A stretch of DNA of 21,368 bases. Source: Pseudomonadota bacterium (GTDB lineage Bacteria > UBA10199 > 2-02-FULL-44-16 > JBDRGF01). Every line of letters begins with the position of its first letter. Positions within the stretch are counted from its first letter, which is position 1. The notes under the pieces were generated by a model. The model was not told the origin of the DNA. It did not search any database and saw nothing but the letters and a program-made list of their open reading frames with translations. Below are positions 1 to 10,284 of the stretch, piece after piece. The stretch is from NCBI GenBank assembly GCA_043818055.1, contig JBDRGF010000037.1:1-21368 (forward strand), given 5' to 3'. The translations under genes and the position numbers were made by a program.

Positions 1-1
1 T

Positions 2-2150
2 ATCGACCGAGCCATATGTCCCAACTATTTTTATATATTCAACTTCGGATGGCTGAAACATGTTTCTTTGCCACGATTTGTGTCTGCCGTTTGTCTTATC
101 GATAACACGTGTCCACGTATTTCCATCGGTAGAAGTTTCAATATAGTATTGATAGTAGCGATCATCCCCATCCCAAAGCAAAAGATCGATATGATTTAGA
201 GTATAAACTTTATCTAACTTAACGATCATCTCCTCAGCTGTATTATCTGTCCAAACGGTGTAACCAAATCCGTAACTTTTAGTATAACCTGTAGTGACGC
301 CATCGATGAGATTGTCACGGCTCCTTCCTGAAATTACAGTTGCGCCAAGCGATTTGAGCGCAACATCGGTTGCTGGTTTTTCTGCTCCACTACAGATTTT
401 GAAGAAACAATTATCCATATCATCAGGTATGCCATCATCATCGTCATCGTCGTCGCATAGGTCACCCAATCCATCTCTATCGGAATCCCACTGATCGGCA
501 TTTGATGCGTTGATACAATTATCCTTATTGTCCGCGATTCCATCGCCATCGCTGTCATCGGTATCACAAAGATCGCCCTTCCCATCATTATCGGCGTCCT
601 TTTGATCGGTATTTGCAATTAATTGACAATTATCAATACTGTCATCAACTCCGTCACCATCGTCATCCTTGTCGCTCAAAGCAAAAGCGATGTTGTAATT
701 CTCACCAACTTTGAGCGTTGGCGGAGTTGTCACTGAAATCACAGGCTGCGGATCAGCATTATCGTGATTGTTGTCATCTGTGATCGATATATCTATTGTT
801 TTGGTTGCAACGTAGCCTAGCCCGTCACCGACGCGAAGCGTGATCGTTGCTGTTTCGGTTCGTGCTGGAACGAGAGGCGCAACAAATGTCACCTTGTTAA
901 AATCGGTTACGCCGCTTATCGGCATGAATCCACCCTTATCTGTGCACCAGTAGTAGAACGCTTTTCCGCCATTGCTGCTATCCACAGTGGAGATTGCTGT
1001 TAACGTTGCGCTTGTCTCCTCCTTCACACTGCTTGCTGATGCTGTGATGTTTGCAGTTGGAATTGTAACACCAACCTTCGGCATTCTCTGTTCATAGTCG
1101 TGGCCTATGCATGTTGTTGGTTTTAGCTTTTCCCAGTTGATATTTCTTACATCAATAGTTTTGCTCGCATCATTAGCATCCTTTTCATCCTGCACATGAA
1201 GGCCCATAGTCACTTTGCCCTCTGTTGCACCATAAGCGGCTGGATCTATCTGAGTCATCGTCCATGTGTCCTCTGTGCCGTTACACTTATTGCTGGTTGA
1301 ATCATCGCAGAGGACAAGCGGTGTGCCGTTTTCTACAAAAACAATACTCACCTTCTTCAAGCCGTTTAGATCCTTGGCGCTGGCCTTGATATCGAACTTT
1401 CCTATTTTCGTTTCATTCTCTGTTGGATTTAAAATATTTCCAGATGGTTGGCTGTTCAATGACCAGTTGAAGGTAACTGCTTTAACAGCACTCGTTCCAT
1501 CATCGTAGCCTTTATCATCCTTCACATGTAAACCGATTGTAACGCTGCCTGGGTTTGCACCGTAATCAGCAGGGTTGATATTTGTTATCTGCCAGCTGTC
1601 ACTGTTGCCATTGCAAAGTTTTTGAGGATCAGCATCATCACACAGATTTAAAATGTTTCCAGTCTGACTTCCGGCAAAGCTGATACTAACCTTGTTCAAA
1701 CCATCAAGATCTGTCGCGTTTGCATTCAAAGTTATATTTCCAACTAATGAGTCATTTGCAGAGGGGCTCGTTATGTTACCGGCTGCAGGATTGTTGGATG
1801 ACCATGTAAAGGTTGATGAATCGACGAGCGTGTTACCAACATTTCCCTCCTGCTCATCCTGGACATGAAGACCAACTGTAACTGAACCGGGCGAAGCACC
1901 GTAATCCGCTGGATTAACTCTTGGAATCTCCAGATACATCTTATTGCCAACACAGCGATTGGAAGTATCGTCATCACAAACCTTTAAATTTTTGTGAGTG
2001 CCCCCCACACCATGAAAGGCTAGACTTACCCTCTTAAGACCATCATAATCAGTGACATCCACACCGATAGTCATAAGACCTGTATAGCTATCGCCGTTGC
2101 TGACCTTGAAGATATATCCTGTAGGCGATGCGGCTTTTGCTGTAACTGCA
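2..2150 (-). CDS. Large surface/extracellular protein, partial: 3 tandem Cys-containing Ig-like repeats, further Ig/PKD-like segment, thrombospondin type-3 Ca-binding repeats, F5/8 type C (discoidin)-like domain; runs off the left edge, 5' end apparently missing
   Basis: Manual minus-strand translation gives a continuous frame, absent from the ORF track because it has no stop in the window. TSP3 motifs DDDGDGVDDSIDNC, DADNDGKGDLCD, DSDRDGLGDLCDDDDDDDGIPDDMDNC (~405-670). Discoidin-like LLLWDGDDRYYQYYIETSTDGNTWTRVIDKT...SWQ (<370). The frame stays open to a stop at 2327-2329 but the protein-like character ends near 2150. Confidence 0.85.
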
Positions 2151-2594
2151 AAGAGTATGGATAAGGATTTGGGTGATAGGTTAAGGTGGGAAATTGGCGA
2201 GGCGTTAGAATTATTGAGTGTTGTGAATGGAGAGGATATCAATGATTCCCCATTGTTTGTATTTCCGGATGAAAATATCTCTGTTTTTTCTCTCAAGCGT
2301 GTGCTGTTGGATGAAAATGCGGAGGTTCAAATCAAAGCGGCAACGAGCCTCTTTCGATTGGGGCAGGGAGCAAAGCTGATTAAGCGTATGAAAAAGTCCA
2401 GATGGGTTGATCGGGCAAAAAACTTATTCGGAATGAACCAAAATGATCCAGGCGTTTTCCCGATAGCTGTCGGAGCCGTTCGTTTTTCCATGGAACAATG
2501 CCTTCATGATATTTTGATGCGGACACAGTCTTTCAGCGTGAGTGGTTCTGCTGTTCCAACCTGGCAAGAGGAGACGGAGGAGTTGTTGTTTTAG
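2150..2594 (+). pseudogene. 5'-truncated HEAT-repeat protein fragment, similar to the protein at 14977-16092
   Basis: LKRVLLDENAEVQIKAATSLFRLGQ is HEAT-like. The first ~19 aa of ORF 2097-2594 are only the antisense of the surface protein gene. Confidence 0.5.
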
Positions 2595-2783
2595 TTATCA
2601 GCCGTCAGCACTTCCAGTGGGTAGTTGGCGCTTAAAAGCATGCCAAATAACGGTTTGTCCGCCTTCGCCAGGAAAAGCACAAGGCTTCGGTGTGATGCTC
2701 GATTTGGCCTATCGTTTTTTCTGTCGAAAAAAAGATGCAAAGCGCGCATAACTTTTCTATGAAATATCCGATGACTATTTATA

Positions 2784-4328
2784 ATGAGGATACTCTCTAA
2801 TTACAGGCGTTTTTATCCACTTGTGAAGCCGAATCGAGCTGATTTGAGCCCTGTCGGGTCAGCTCGTCCCGAACAGGTTAGATCCGATGGAAAAATGTTT
2901 AACATCGGGATTCTATCAAATTCACTTCTTACAGCTTCGATTCCAAATTTTTTAGAGTATCTGCCATCATGGAACGATCCTATCTTTTTGGGAATTGCAG
3001 GAGCGCTAGTCTTTACCGAGTTGATGCTCTTGGGAGCCCATATTTTTTCAAGGGGGAAACCAAAGTCCTCTTCAGCATTTGAAAACGCCAAGGTGATCTC
3101 TTTAGGAGATGGTGGTGTAATCGTTCGCACATCGAGTGGTGATAGGCTTATTCAAATTGTTCCAAAGAAAAAGCGAAAGCTGAATAGAACGATTGAGATG
3201 CAGGTTGGTAACCATCTTGTTCGAGGGCGGGAGGTGCCGACCTTGAAAGGTGATATAACGGTTCATGAAAAATGTCCACAATGTTCATATAAGAACGATG
3301 ATAATCAGACGAGCTGTCCATCGTGTCAGTTCCCGCTTATCTTTTTAAAAGATGGTTCGTATGCGTTGATCAAGCAGATCGGTTCAGGTGGACAGGCCGA
3401 TATCTACCTTGCGTACGATGCTACACTTTCAAGGCGAGGAAAGCTCGTCGTAAAAATTTTGAGGGATGGCAACTATCAGAAATTTGGTTTAAAGGAATTG
3501 GCCACTCAGCGTTTTGTAAATGAAATTAAGGCGCTCGGTGAGCTTTCCGATGTGAGTGACCATTTTGTCAAAGTTTTGGATTTCGGCAATCACCCAGATG
3601 TAGGACGTTTCTATGTAATGGAGTATCTCGAAGGAATGACTTTAGAGGAGAAACGGGAATCATGCGTTTCCGCTCGTGGAGAAAATGCCATAATGCCCTT
3701 CAATCATGTTCTATCCGTTTTCACACAGATCTGTGATGCGGTGCAGATTGCCCATAATCATCGCATTCTTCACCGCGATCTAAAACCTGGAAATATTTTT
3801 CTAGTTCCAACCGAGTTTGGTTTTTTTGTGAAAATTTTCGACTTTGGATTGGTTCGTTTTATGGAAAGTATGGGGAGCGTTCAGATGGCCGGCACACCTG
3901 AATATATGTCGCCTGAACAATGGTATCAGGATAAGCCGACTGTCTCGATGGATATCTATTCGCTTGGCATTATGCTTAATGAATTGTTGATCGGTGCTAC
4001 CCCCTTTAAGGTGAAGCCGTATCAAGTTATTTCATGGCGAGATCAGTTGAGCGATATGGCGCGGCAACATTGTAAAGCTGAGAGGGTTGCTCCTAGCAAA
4101 ATCCGGCCAAACTTGAGATCTTTAACCCCGGAAATAGATAGAGTTGTTTTAAAGGCGATCAACCCAGATCCGAAACAGCGTTTTCAAAGTGTGGTCGAAT
4201 TTAAAAATGCATTCTTAGCAGCTGTAGATCTTTCGAGTCTCTTTGATCAAACCTCTGAAGCGAAGCGCTCGCTTAATCCAAATTCAAACGAACCGCCTAA
4301 CTGGTGGCGCTCGCCTGAGGAAAAATAG
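2784..4328 (+). CDS. Hanks-type Ser/Thr protein kinase with N-terminal TM helix and zinc ribbon
   Basis: IGSGGQADIY, VVKIL, HRDLKPGN, DFG, GTPEYMSPEQ, DIYSLG motifs; CPQC...CPSC before the kinase domain; hydrophobic IFLGIAGALVFTELMLLGAHIF. Confidence 0.95.
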   Translation: MRILSNYRRFYPLVKPNRADLSPVGSARPEQVRSDGKMFNIGILSNSLLTASIPNFLEYLPSWNDPIFLGIAGALVFTELMLLGAHIFSRGKPKSSSAFENAKVISLGDGGVIVRTSSGDRLIQIVPKKKRKLNRTIEMQVGNHLVRGREVPTLKGDITVHEKCPQCSYKNDDNQTSCPSCQFPLIFLKDGSYALIKQIGSGGQADIYLAYDATLSRRGKLVVKILRDGNYQKFGLKELATQRFVNEIKALGELSDVSDHFVKVLDFGNHPDVGRFYVMEYLEGMTLEEKRESCVSARGENAIMPFNHVLSVFTQICDAVQIAHNHRILHRDLKPGNIFLVPTEFGFFVKIFDFGLVRFMESMGSVQMAGTPEYMSPEQWYQDKPTVSMDIYSLGIMLNELLIGATPFKVKPYQVISWRDQLSDMARQHCKAERVAPSKIRPNLRSLTPEIDRVVLKAINPDPKQRFQSVVEFKNAFLAAVDLSSLFDQTSEAKRSLNPNSNEPPNWWRSPEEK

Positions 4329-4382
4329 GTTTAAAGTATTTTATTTGCTCATTTCGATCCGATCCGTTACATTCTGCAAGTT

Positions 4383-4814
4383 ATGAAAAAAATTCATCTT
4401 ATTCTGTTTTTTATTCTGTTTAGCACGTTTTTTATATCACTCAACGCAGATGCCGCCTTTTTCGATCCAAAAAATAAATGGCAGACGATCACAACTGAAC
4501 ATTTTCGAATTCATTATCCGAAAAGAATTGAAAAGACCGCTATCAAGTCGGCGGAAATCTCCGAGGAGGTATATCCAGGGTTGATCAAACGCTGGGATTG
4601 GAAGCCTTGGGGCAAAATTCAGATGATTCTTTCCGATGATAAGGATGACGCCAACGGTTGGGCCTCTTTTCTCCCATATAACTGGATCGCTCTTTGGATA
4701 GCGCCACCCGAGCCCGATTCTGCGATTGCCAACTACGACGACTGGTTGAGAATGCTTATTTCACACGAGCTGACGCATATTGTTCAGCTGGATGGTGCAG
4801 AGGAGAACCGGTGA
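4383..4814 (+). pseudogene. N-terminal fragment of a secreted HExxH (peptidase MA-like) domain protein, truncated at ~4795
   Basis: Signal peptide MKKIHLILFFILFSTFFISLNADA; WQTITTEHFRIHY, DDANGWA, WLRMLISHELTHIVQLD. The ORF ends a few codons after HExxH, inside a palindromic element; proteins with this N-terminus are normally much longer. Confidence 0.75.
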
Positions 4815-4896
4815 CGGAGGAGAGTGTTTTGCTTATTTTACAATAACTTAGCTTTCCTCCGTCACCAGTTCTTTTCACCAGTTCTTTCCAGTTCTT
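4804..4896. repeat. REP/MITE-like palindrome: 21-bp inverted arms, 27-nt AT-rich loop, plus 3x CCAGTTCTT
   Basis: agaaccggtgacggaggagag (4804-4824) vs ctttcctccgtcaccagttct (4852-4872), 19/21 complementary; ccagttctt at 4865, 4878 and 4888. Confidence 0.8.
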
Positions 4897-4910
4897 CTGT
4901 TTTTTCGTCA

Positions 4911-4964
4911 TTGAGAATCTTGCGACCCCAAGCCATTAGGCGGGGCAGGAGCAAGACGAGTCAA
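4911..4964 (+). mobile_element. Possible IS200/IS605 right-end remnant
   Basis: GAGAATC...CCCC-AAGCCATTAGGCGGGG...GAG-TCAA resembles the hairpin plus TCAA end typical of IS605/tnpB elements; no tnpA or tnpB nearby. Confidence 0.4.
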
Positions 4965-5075
4965 TCTCCCCACTTTCCCAACCTGTCCGGTTAGGTATTT
5001 TCGTAAAAATTATTCCTTGAACATTCGGGAGCAGTGTGTACTAATAGTATTACAGCGAAAAACATGGAGGTCTCT

Positions 5076-6587
5076 ATGGTTGGTGAAATCAACAATGTAA
5101 TGCATCGTGGTGTTTTAGGATCGGTTGCCGGTTCTAATTCTGTAAATTCTATCGAAGCACACACTTCCACTTTCGAACATGTTAATCCACTTACAAATGA
5201 TCCTATAGATGCGAGCCAAAGCCCTGGCGGCATTTGGAGAGGAATCAGCGAAAGAGTTCCTGGATTTAACAGCGCTGTTGATATGGTAAAAAGGCTTGCT
5301 GTTGGGATCGATGCTCATCTTTTACAAAGGGGACTCTATCCATGGGAGACAAGATCAACTCTTATAAACAGTGCCGCAGCGTTGGGTGCAGTTGTCGGTG
5401 CAGTTGGTACAGGGGATTTAACCTTTGAATCGGTTTCACTCGTCGGCCTTGGAAAGAAGAAAAAGGGTGGGGGTTCACAGAGAAAGACGAATAAAAATAG
5501 ACCAAAGAAAACTAAGAGATCAGGTAGGTCATCACAGGGAAGTGGCTCCGTTAATCAGTCCGAGCCCAATGCTCCTCGTCGATTCGTTGTCATTACAGGC
5601 GGGAGGGGTAGGCGACTCTCTTCAGAAGAGATGCTGCTGGAAATTTTGGAGGGGGCTCAATCTGGTAATATTGATAATGAGAGAGTTGGTGAGTTGGCAG
5701 AGCTTTATTATAAGAAAAATTCTGAAGATGCAGGGGCGAATGTTATGTATGGTATTAAATTGCTGGAAGAGGGCAGAACGAAGGAGGCGCTCCCTCATCT
5801 CAGGTATGTTCAGAGATATGATGAGGCAGATTCCGAACTGTATGGATTGCTTGTAAGAATCGAGACTACAGCTGGAGATCTTAATTTAGCAAAGCAGGTT
5901 GTCGATCATGCTTTAGAACGGTTTCCAGGGGAAGAAGATCTTATAGAAATTAAAGAGATGTTGGGACGTGTTCTTGAGTTTGGTAGTGCTGATTTTCCGC
6001 AGAGCTTCAATGACTGCATACTTTTAGCAAAGCAAAATAGCGGAACGCCGCGTGCCAGCGCGCTGTTAAATCATGCCTTACAGATGGTAAAGGGTAAACA
6101 TAGAGGTTCTTTTGGTGTTGGTGATGTTTATGGTCTCCTTGCTACAAATTACTTTAAGCAGGGATTATATACATGGTCGCTCAATACCTTTAGATTGATG
6201 GAGCAGCATGGTGGGACAGATGTATATTCAGAGTATTGTCTCTACTTAGATGCTTTGTCTGAAGTTACAGATATTGATGGGTTATTTCAATCATGTTTTG
6301 GTTCACAACAACATGAAGATTCGGAGAAGTTGGAAGATTATGTGAGTTTTGCCGAGGAGGGTGAGTATGTTGCAAGAAAGGCTCTCAAGGGTAAGAAACA
6401 TCATGGTATAATTTATGAAAGATTGTTAGTTTTCTTGGTTTTGCAAGGGAAGGTTGCAGAGTTTCGAGAGGTTTATTCAAAGGGAAGATATCACTTAGAA
6501 CAAGCAGGTTTTCAGGAGGAAGATTATAACCAATTTTTAAGTCTTGCTAATATTATGACACATTTTTTGAATCCTGGTGATGAGTGA
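5076..6587 (+). CDS. TPR-like helical repeat protein with a Lys/Arg-rich linker
   Basis: GGAGG precedes ATG 5076, in frame with ORF 5034. TPR-like YGIKLLEEGRTKEALPHLRYVQRYD and GDLNLAKQVVDHALERFPGEED; basic tract GKKKKGGGSQRKTNKNRPKKTKRSGR. Confidence 0.75.
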   Translation: MVGEINNVMHRGVLGSVAGSNSVNSIEAHTSTFEHVNPLTNDPIDASQSPGGIWRGISERVPGFNSAVDMVKRLAVGIDAHLLQRGLYPWETRSTLINSAAALGAVVGAVGTGDLTFESVSLVGLGKKKKGGGSQRKTNKNRPKKTKRSGRSSQGSGSVNQSEPNAPRRFVVITGGRGRRLSSEEMLLEILEGAQSGNIDNERVGELAELYYKKNSEDAGANVMYGIKLLEEGRTKEALPHLRYVQRYDEADSELYGLLVRIETTAGDLNLAKQVVDHALERFPGEEDLIEIKEMLGRVLEFGSADFPQSFNDCILLAKQNSGTPRASALLNHALQMVKGKHRGSFGVGDVYGLLATNYFKQGLYTWSLNTFRLMEQHGGTDVYSEYCLYLDALSEVTDIDGLFQSCFGSQQHEDSEKLEDYVSFAEEGEYVARKALKGKKHHGIIYERLLVFLVLQGKVAEFREVYSKGRYHLEQAGFQEEDYNQFLSLANIMTHFLNPGDE

Positions 6588-6618
6588 GTTGAGCATTTTC
6601 ATTCAGCGCTCACCTCTT

Positions 6619-6657
6619 CCAGCCGGTCCAGTTAACTGAACCGGTTGGATCTTTTTT
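6619..6657 (+). terminator. Rho-independent terminator
   Basis: ccagccggtccag-ttaa-ctgaaccggttgg stem followed by atctttttt, about 30 bp after the TPR gene stop. Confidence 0.7.
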
Positions 6658-6679
6658 ATATCCCCCATCATTCATATAA

Positions 6680-6736
6680 TATATAGGAACTTTCTGAAAA
6701 AGTGGACGGGATATAAAAGCCAAAATTGGTATGATT
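6680..6736 (-). mobile_element. IS91/ISCR oriIS-like end, copy 1
   Basis: tatataggaactttctgaaaaagtggacgggatataaaagccaaaattggtatgatt. The minus strand ends ...GAAAGTTCCTATATA, matching the AAnTTCCTAT oriIS motif; near-identical to the end of the IS91 remnant at 19581. Confidence 0.8.
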
Positions 6737-7175
6737 ACTCTGAGTTCGACCAATCGAAGCCATTAGCTTCCTAGATTCAATTGAAACGGCGTCCATAATA
6801 AGCGGTTTGAGGGATATGTGGTAATGGTATCTGACACCAAATGGCTTAAACCAACGCTGAAGTGTTTTGACAGAGATCTTATGGACCTTTGCTATTTCTC
6901 TCAATGTTGCATTTCCGCAGATCCACTGGATAAAAAGTTTTTGTTTATGATGACTTGCTATGCCGAGATTTGTTCGAATTGAACTTTTTGAACAGAATGG
7001 ACAAAACCATCGTTGGGTACCAGCGGCAGTTTTTCCACGTCGCTGCATTGATCGATTACATGTTTTACAGTGTGTTTTTTCATCGGATTTAACTACCAGA
7101 AGTTATATAGAATGTGCACCCTCTTCTATACTCACTTTGAACCCTGTTTTAGCTCCACGAAATGTCCTTTAACTC
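6737..7175 (-). mobile_element. IS256-family (IS1249-like) remnant: probable left end plus degenerate, truncated transposase N-terminus
   Basis: HCKTCNRSMQRRGKTAAGTQRWFCPFC zinc ribbon and HTH TLREIAKVHKISVKTLQRWF; the ATG at 7083 is out of frame; candidate terminal IR ccacgaaatgtcctttaactc at 7155-7175. Confidence 0.7.
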
Positions 7176-7341
7176 TTAGACAAAAAACTAAAAAGATTAG
7201 GCCCAAAATTCCCTGAAATATCACGACATTACCACAACTGCAGGATTTTAACTGAGTTTTCGAGAAACAAATTGTGACGATAATAGTATTGAGAGAGCAA
7301 CTTATTGAGCCTAAACGGCGCAAAGTAAACAGAAATATATC

Positions 7342-10152
7342 ATGAGTACAAAGGTAGAAAAAAATGGTTACTCTTATAAAATCGATCACAGCGATATCGA
7401 TTTAAAAGGGAGAAAGCAAGTTGAAGGGCAAATCACTAGAATCTGTGCCGAGAACATATCTATTCACCAACTAAAATATGTTGACCATCGAAAATTTCTT
7501 TTCATATCTCATGATTCAGAAGTAAGAGCTTTTCTTAAACTTTGGGATTTTTACCGCGACAACAGAAACGTCGGAATTTTTAAAAAATTTGATCCACTTA
7601 CTGTATATCGCCGTTTACACAAGCTGAATCAAACCACAAAAATTTGGAATGTTCTTTGGAGACAAAAGCTGGGTCTAAAGACTGAAAATTCAAAGCTATA
7701 TGAATTGCTTATTAATGAACTTGACCCTTATCCTCCTCTCATTCGATTTCAGCTTAAAGATAATAAAACACTCAACTTCTTTGCCTTAAAAGACTACAAG
7801 TCCAAAGTTATTCCAGGAAAGAAAATTCCAATTAGAAGAAGGTGGAAAAAAGATGCTCTATTTAAGTGGACATACAATGTGAACCACCTTAATGCTAGAA
7901 AGATAAAGAGAAGAGTGAAGGCTGTTAAAGAGATATTAGAAAAGAAATATCTACCAAAGATCAAATCAGAATTAAGAAAAATTGGCATAATGGATGTAAC
8001 GCAGTTAAGCATTCAGCAATCAATTGTTTTAGCAGGCCTCATTATGATGAATCATTCAAAATATTCCCATAGAGGATGGCTTCCAATTATTGAGATGCTT
8101 AAAAATGGCGGATGTAACAACACATGTGCTGGTTATACTTATAAGCTTTACTTTATTTTCGAAGCTTTGAAGTTGATGCAGAAAAAGAATAGATCTCGTC
8201 TTTTGAATACATACTGTATAAATGCTCAGGGATTTAATCATATATGGAATGTATTTGTCACAATAACATCAAAAAGTGAATATCAAGTTACTATAATTGA
8301 CGTTACCGGTGCAGATCATGGTAATTGGACAGACAGATCGTACACTTGGTCTCGTCTAGTAAGAAGGTTGAATTTTACAAGATCCGGGAGACATTTTTAT
8401 CATATTCTGCGAAGACTTAGGAGTTCTGGGCTTATCCCAATGGAAGAGGAATTAAAAGTGCTTTCGAAGATTATTTTTCAGGGTTATTTTTCAATTAAAA
8501 TAGTTACAAGAATATTAGAAATTCTTATAGAAAAGAAGAGCCTGCAGAAAACAGAGCAAAAACTGGTTGAAAAAATTATAAATAGATTCAATGTCAGAGA
8601 AATAAATAAAACCAGTTTTGATAATCTACTACCCTTTCTTGCTAATCTCTCTAAGATTCAAGGAGCACTAAAAGGAAACAACATCAAGAGAAAGATTGCA
8701 CGACTTCTAAAACTAGCTGAAAGAAGTTTATATAAACATTATACAAAAAAGGGGAAAGACATCTATGCACAAATCGATCTATTAGAGATTACCTTTAGAA
8801 ATTGCGACCTATCTGAAGCCAAAAAGGAAGCTGTTACTGCTTTAGAAACAGAGCGAACAAAACAATTTCTAAAACTCTACTTAGCTTTCAAAGATTCACC
8901 ACAATCTAGAAAGAGAGTTTTTGATATTTTGAGAAACGTTCCCATGAATAAGCGAACTGTAGAATACTACGCAATTGTCATAAGTGCATTATCCCTTCCT
9001 ATTATTATTTATACTGAACCGAAAAGCAGAAGACAACTGCATCAATTGATTGACTATTTAAAATCGCTTCTTAATATTCGCTTCTCAAAAAATATGCAAG
9101 CAATCTCACTCTTTCTGGAAGAATCAAATCCAAACATTAGTGATGGATTTTTGTACATCACTATTAATCCATATAAAAGAGGAGCTATTAAGAGAACTAA
9201 AATTCTCCTCCGCAAAGCCTTTTCATATTAACAAAAGCTAGAGGCTTTAAAAAAAGCGCTAAAAAAAAGAGGCTATCAACTAAATGTTAGAACAGAAGGC
9301 TCACCGCACGTCATTCGCAACTTTCCAAATTTTCTAAAGGAGATTTTGAAGATACCTCCACAAAAACTCAAAGGAATAACTTTAAAGCTAACCCTCAAAA
9401 AATCGAGTTTTTCAAAAGGAGAAATTCAATGGGGATGCAATCGTATAACATTTTTAAAAGAAATCTATGGTCACAGAGGTTTACTCGCTTATCAAAAACA
9501 GCTTCTAAATCGCATACAGCTACTGGAGAAAAAATATTCGATCAGTTTCACGGGATATTCCACCGATTTACATTTTGATCCGAAGACATTTAAAGAGCTT
9601 ATGCTAAACATGCTATTTTGCAAATCATCGAGAAGAAGATTTGAATCTCATATTTCAAAGATGGAAAAGCTGCTTAGAAAAAAAAAGCACTGGAAATTAA
9701 ACAATTTGATTATAGTTCTTCTCGATTTTAATAAAAAAAAACGAACCGAGCTTTATTTTTCTCACTGTGAATATTTTGTCTATCAAAAGGGTCAGCATAA
9801 AACACCAAAAGGTCATAATCGTAATGTTATTTTTTTAAGATCTTCATACTTTTACCAGTTAAGACACGCCATCCGTCAATACGCATATTATAAAAGTCGT
9901 GCAGATTACTATATCCGAAAAATTCGCAAACTTCATCCACGTCTTACGTTTAACATTCAATACAACAGGTCAGTTATCAGTAAACTTCCAAAGCTTATTA
10001 ATGTGCTTAAGAAAACGCCTCGAAAAGTGCTAGATGGAAAAACTATAAACATAGAAAACTACGCTGGCACTTCTGGATGGAACAAAACAAAAACTATAAT
10101 TAACATGGGTATTCATTCAATAGGTTCCTTAAAAAAACTGCTGGGCCAATAG
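7342..10152 (+). pseudogene. Large basic protein with a transglutaminase-like Cys-His-Asp core, split by a single in-frame TAA (9229-9231)
   Basis: ORFs 7342-9231 and 9346-10152 share a frame and the 38 codons between them are open (QKLEALKKALKKRGYQLNV...). Motifs TCAGYT (C262), NHIWNV (H300), IIDVT (D320). Markedly AT-rich compared with flanks. Confidence 0.75.
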
Positions 10153-10234
10153 TTTTATTGATACGATTGGTAATGCAGTTGAGCAATAAAACAGCAAAAA
10201 GCAGGCTCATGACAAGGAAATTTTTAAAATATAA

Positions 10235-10284
10235 TATATAGGAATTTTCTGAAAAAGTGGACGGGATATAAAAGCCAAAATTGG
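10235..10284 (-). mobile_element. IS91/ISCR oriIS-like end, copy 2
   Basis: 49/50 identical to copy 1; also shares the flanking ATATAA with copy 1. Confidence 0.8.

Noticed and set aside
431..455. catcatcatcgtcatcgtcgtc as a microsatellite
   Set aside because: It encodes the poly-Asp of a TSP3 repeat.
294..1977. Track ORFs 294-494, 334-618, 1266-1508 and 1771-1977
   Set aside because: Antisense or alternate-frame shadows of the large minus-strand surface protein gene.
2097..2150. TTG 2097 as a real start codon
   Set aside because: It lies within the antisense of the surface protein gene and has no SD.
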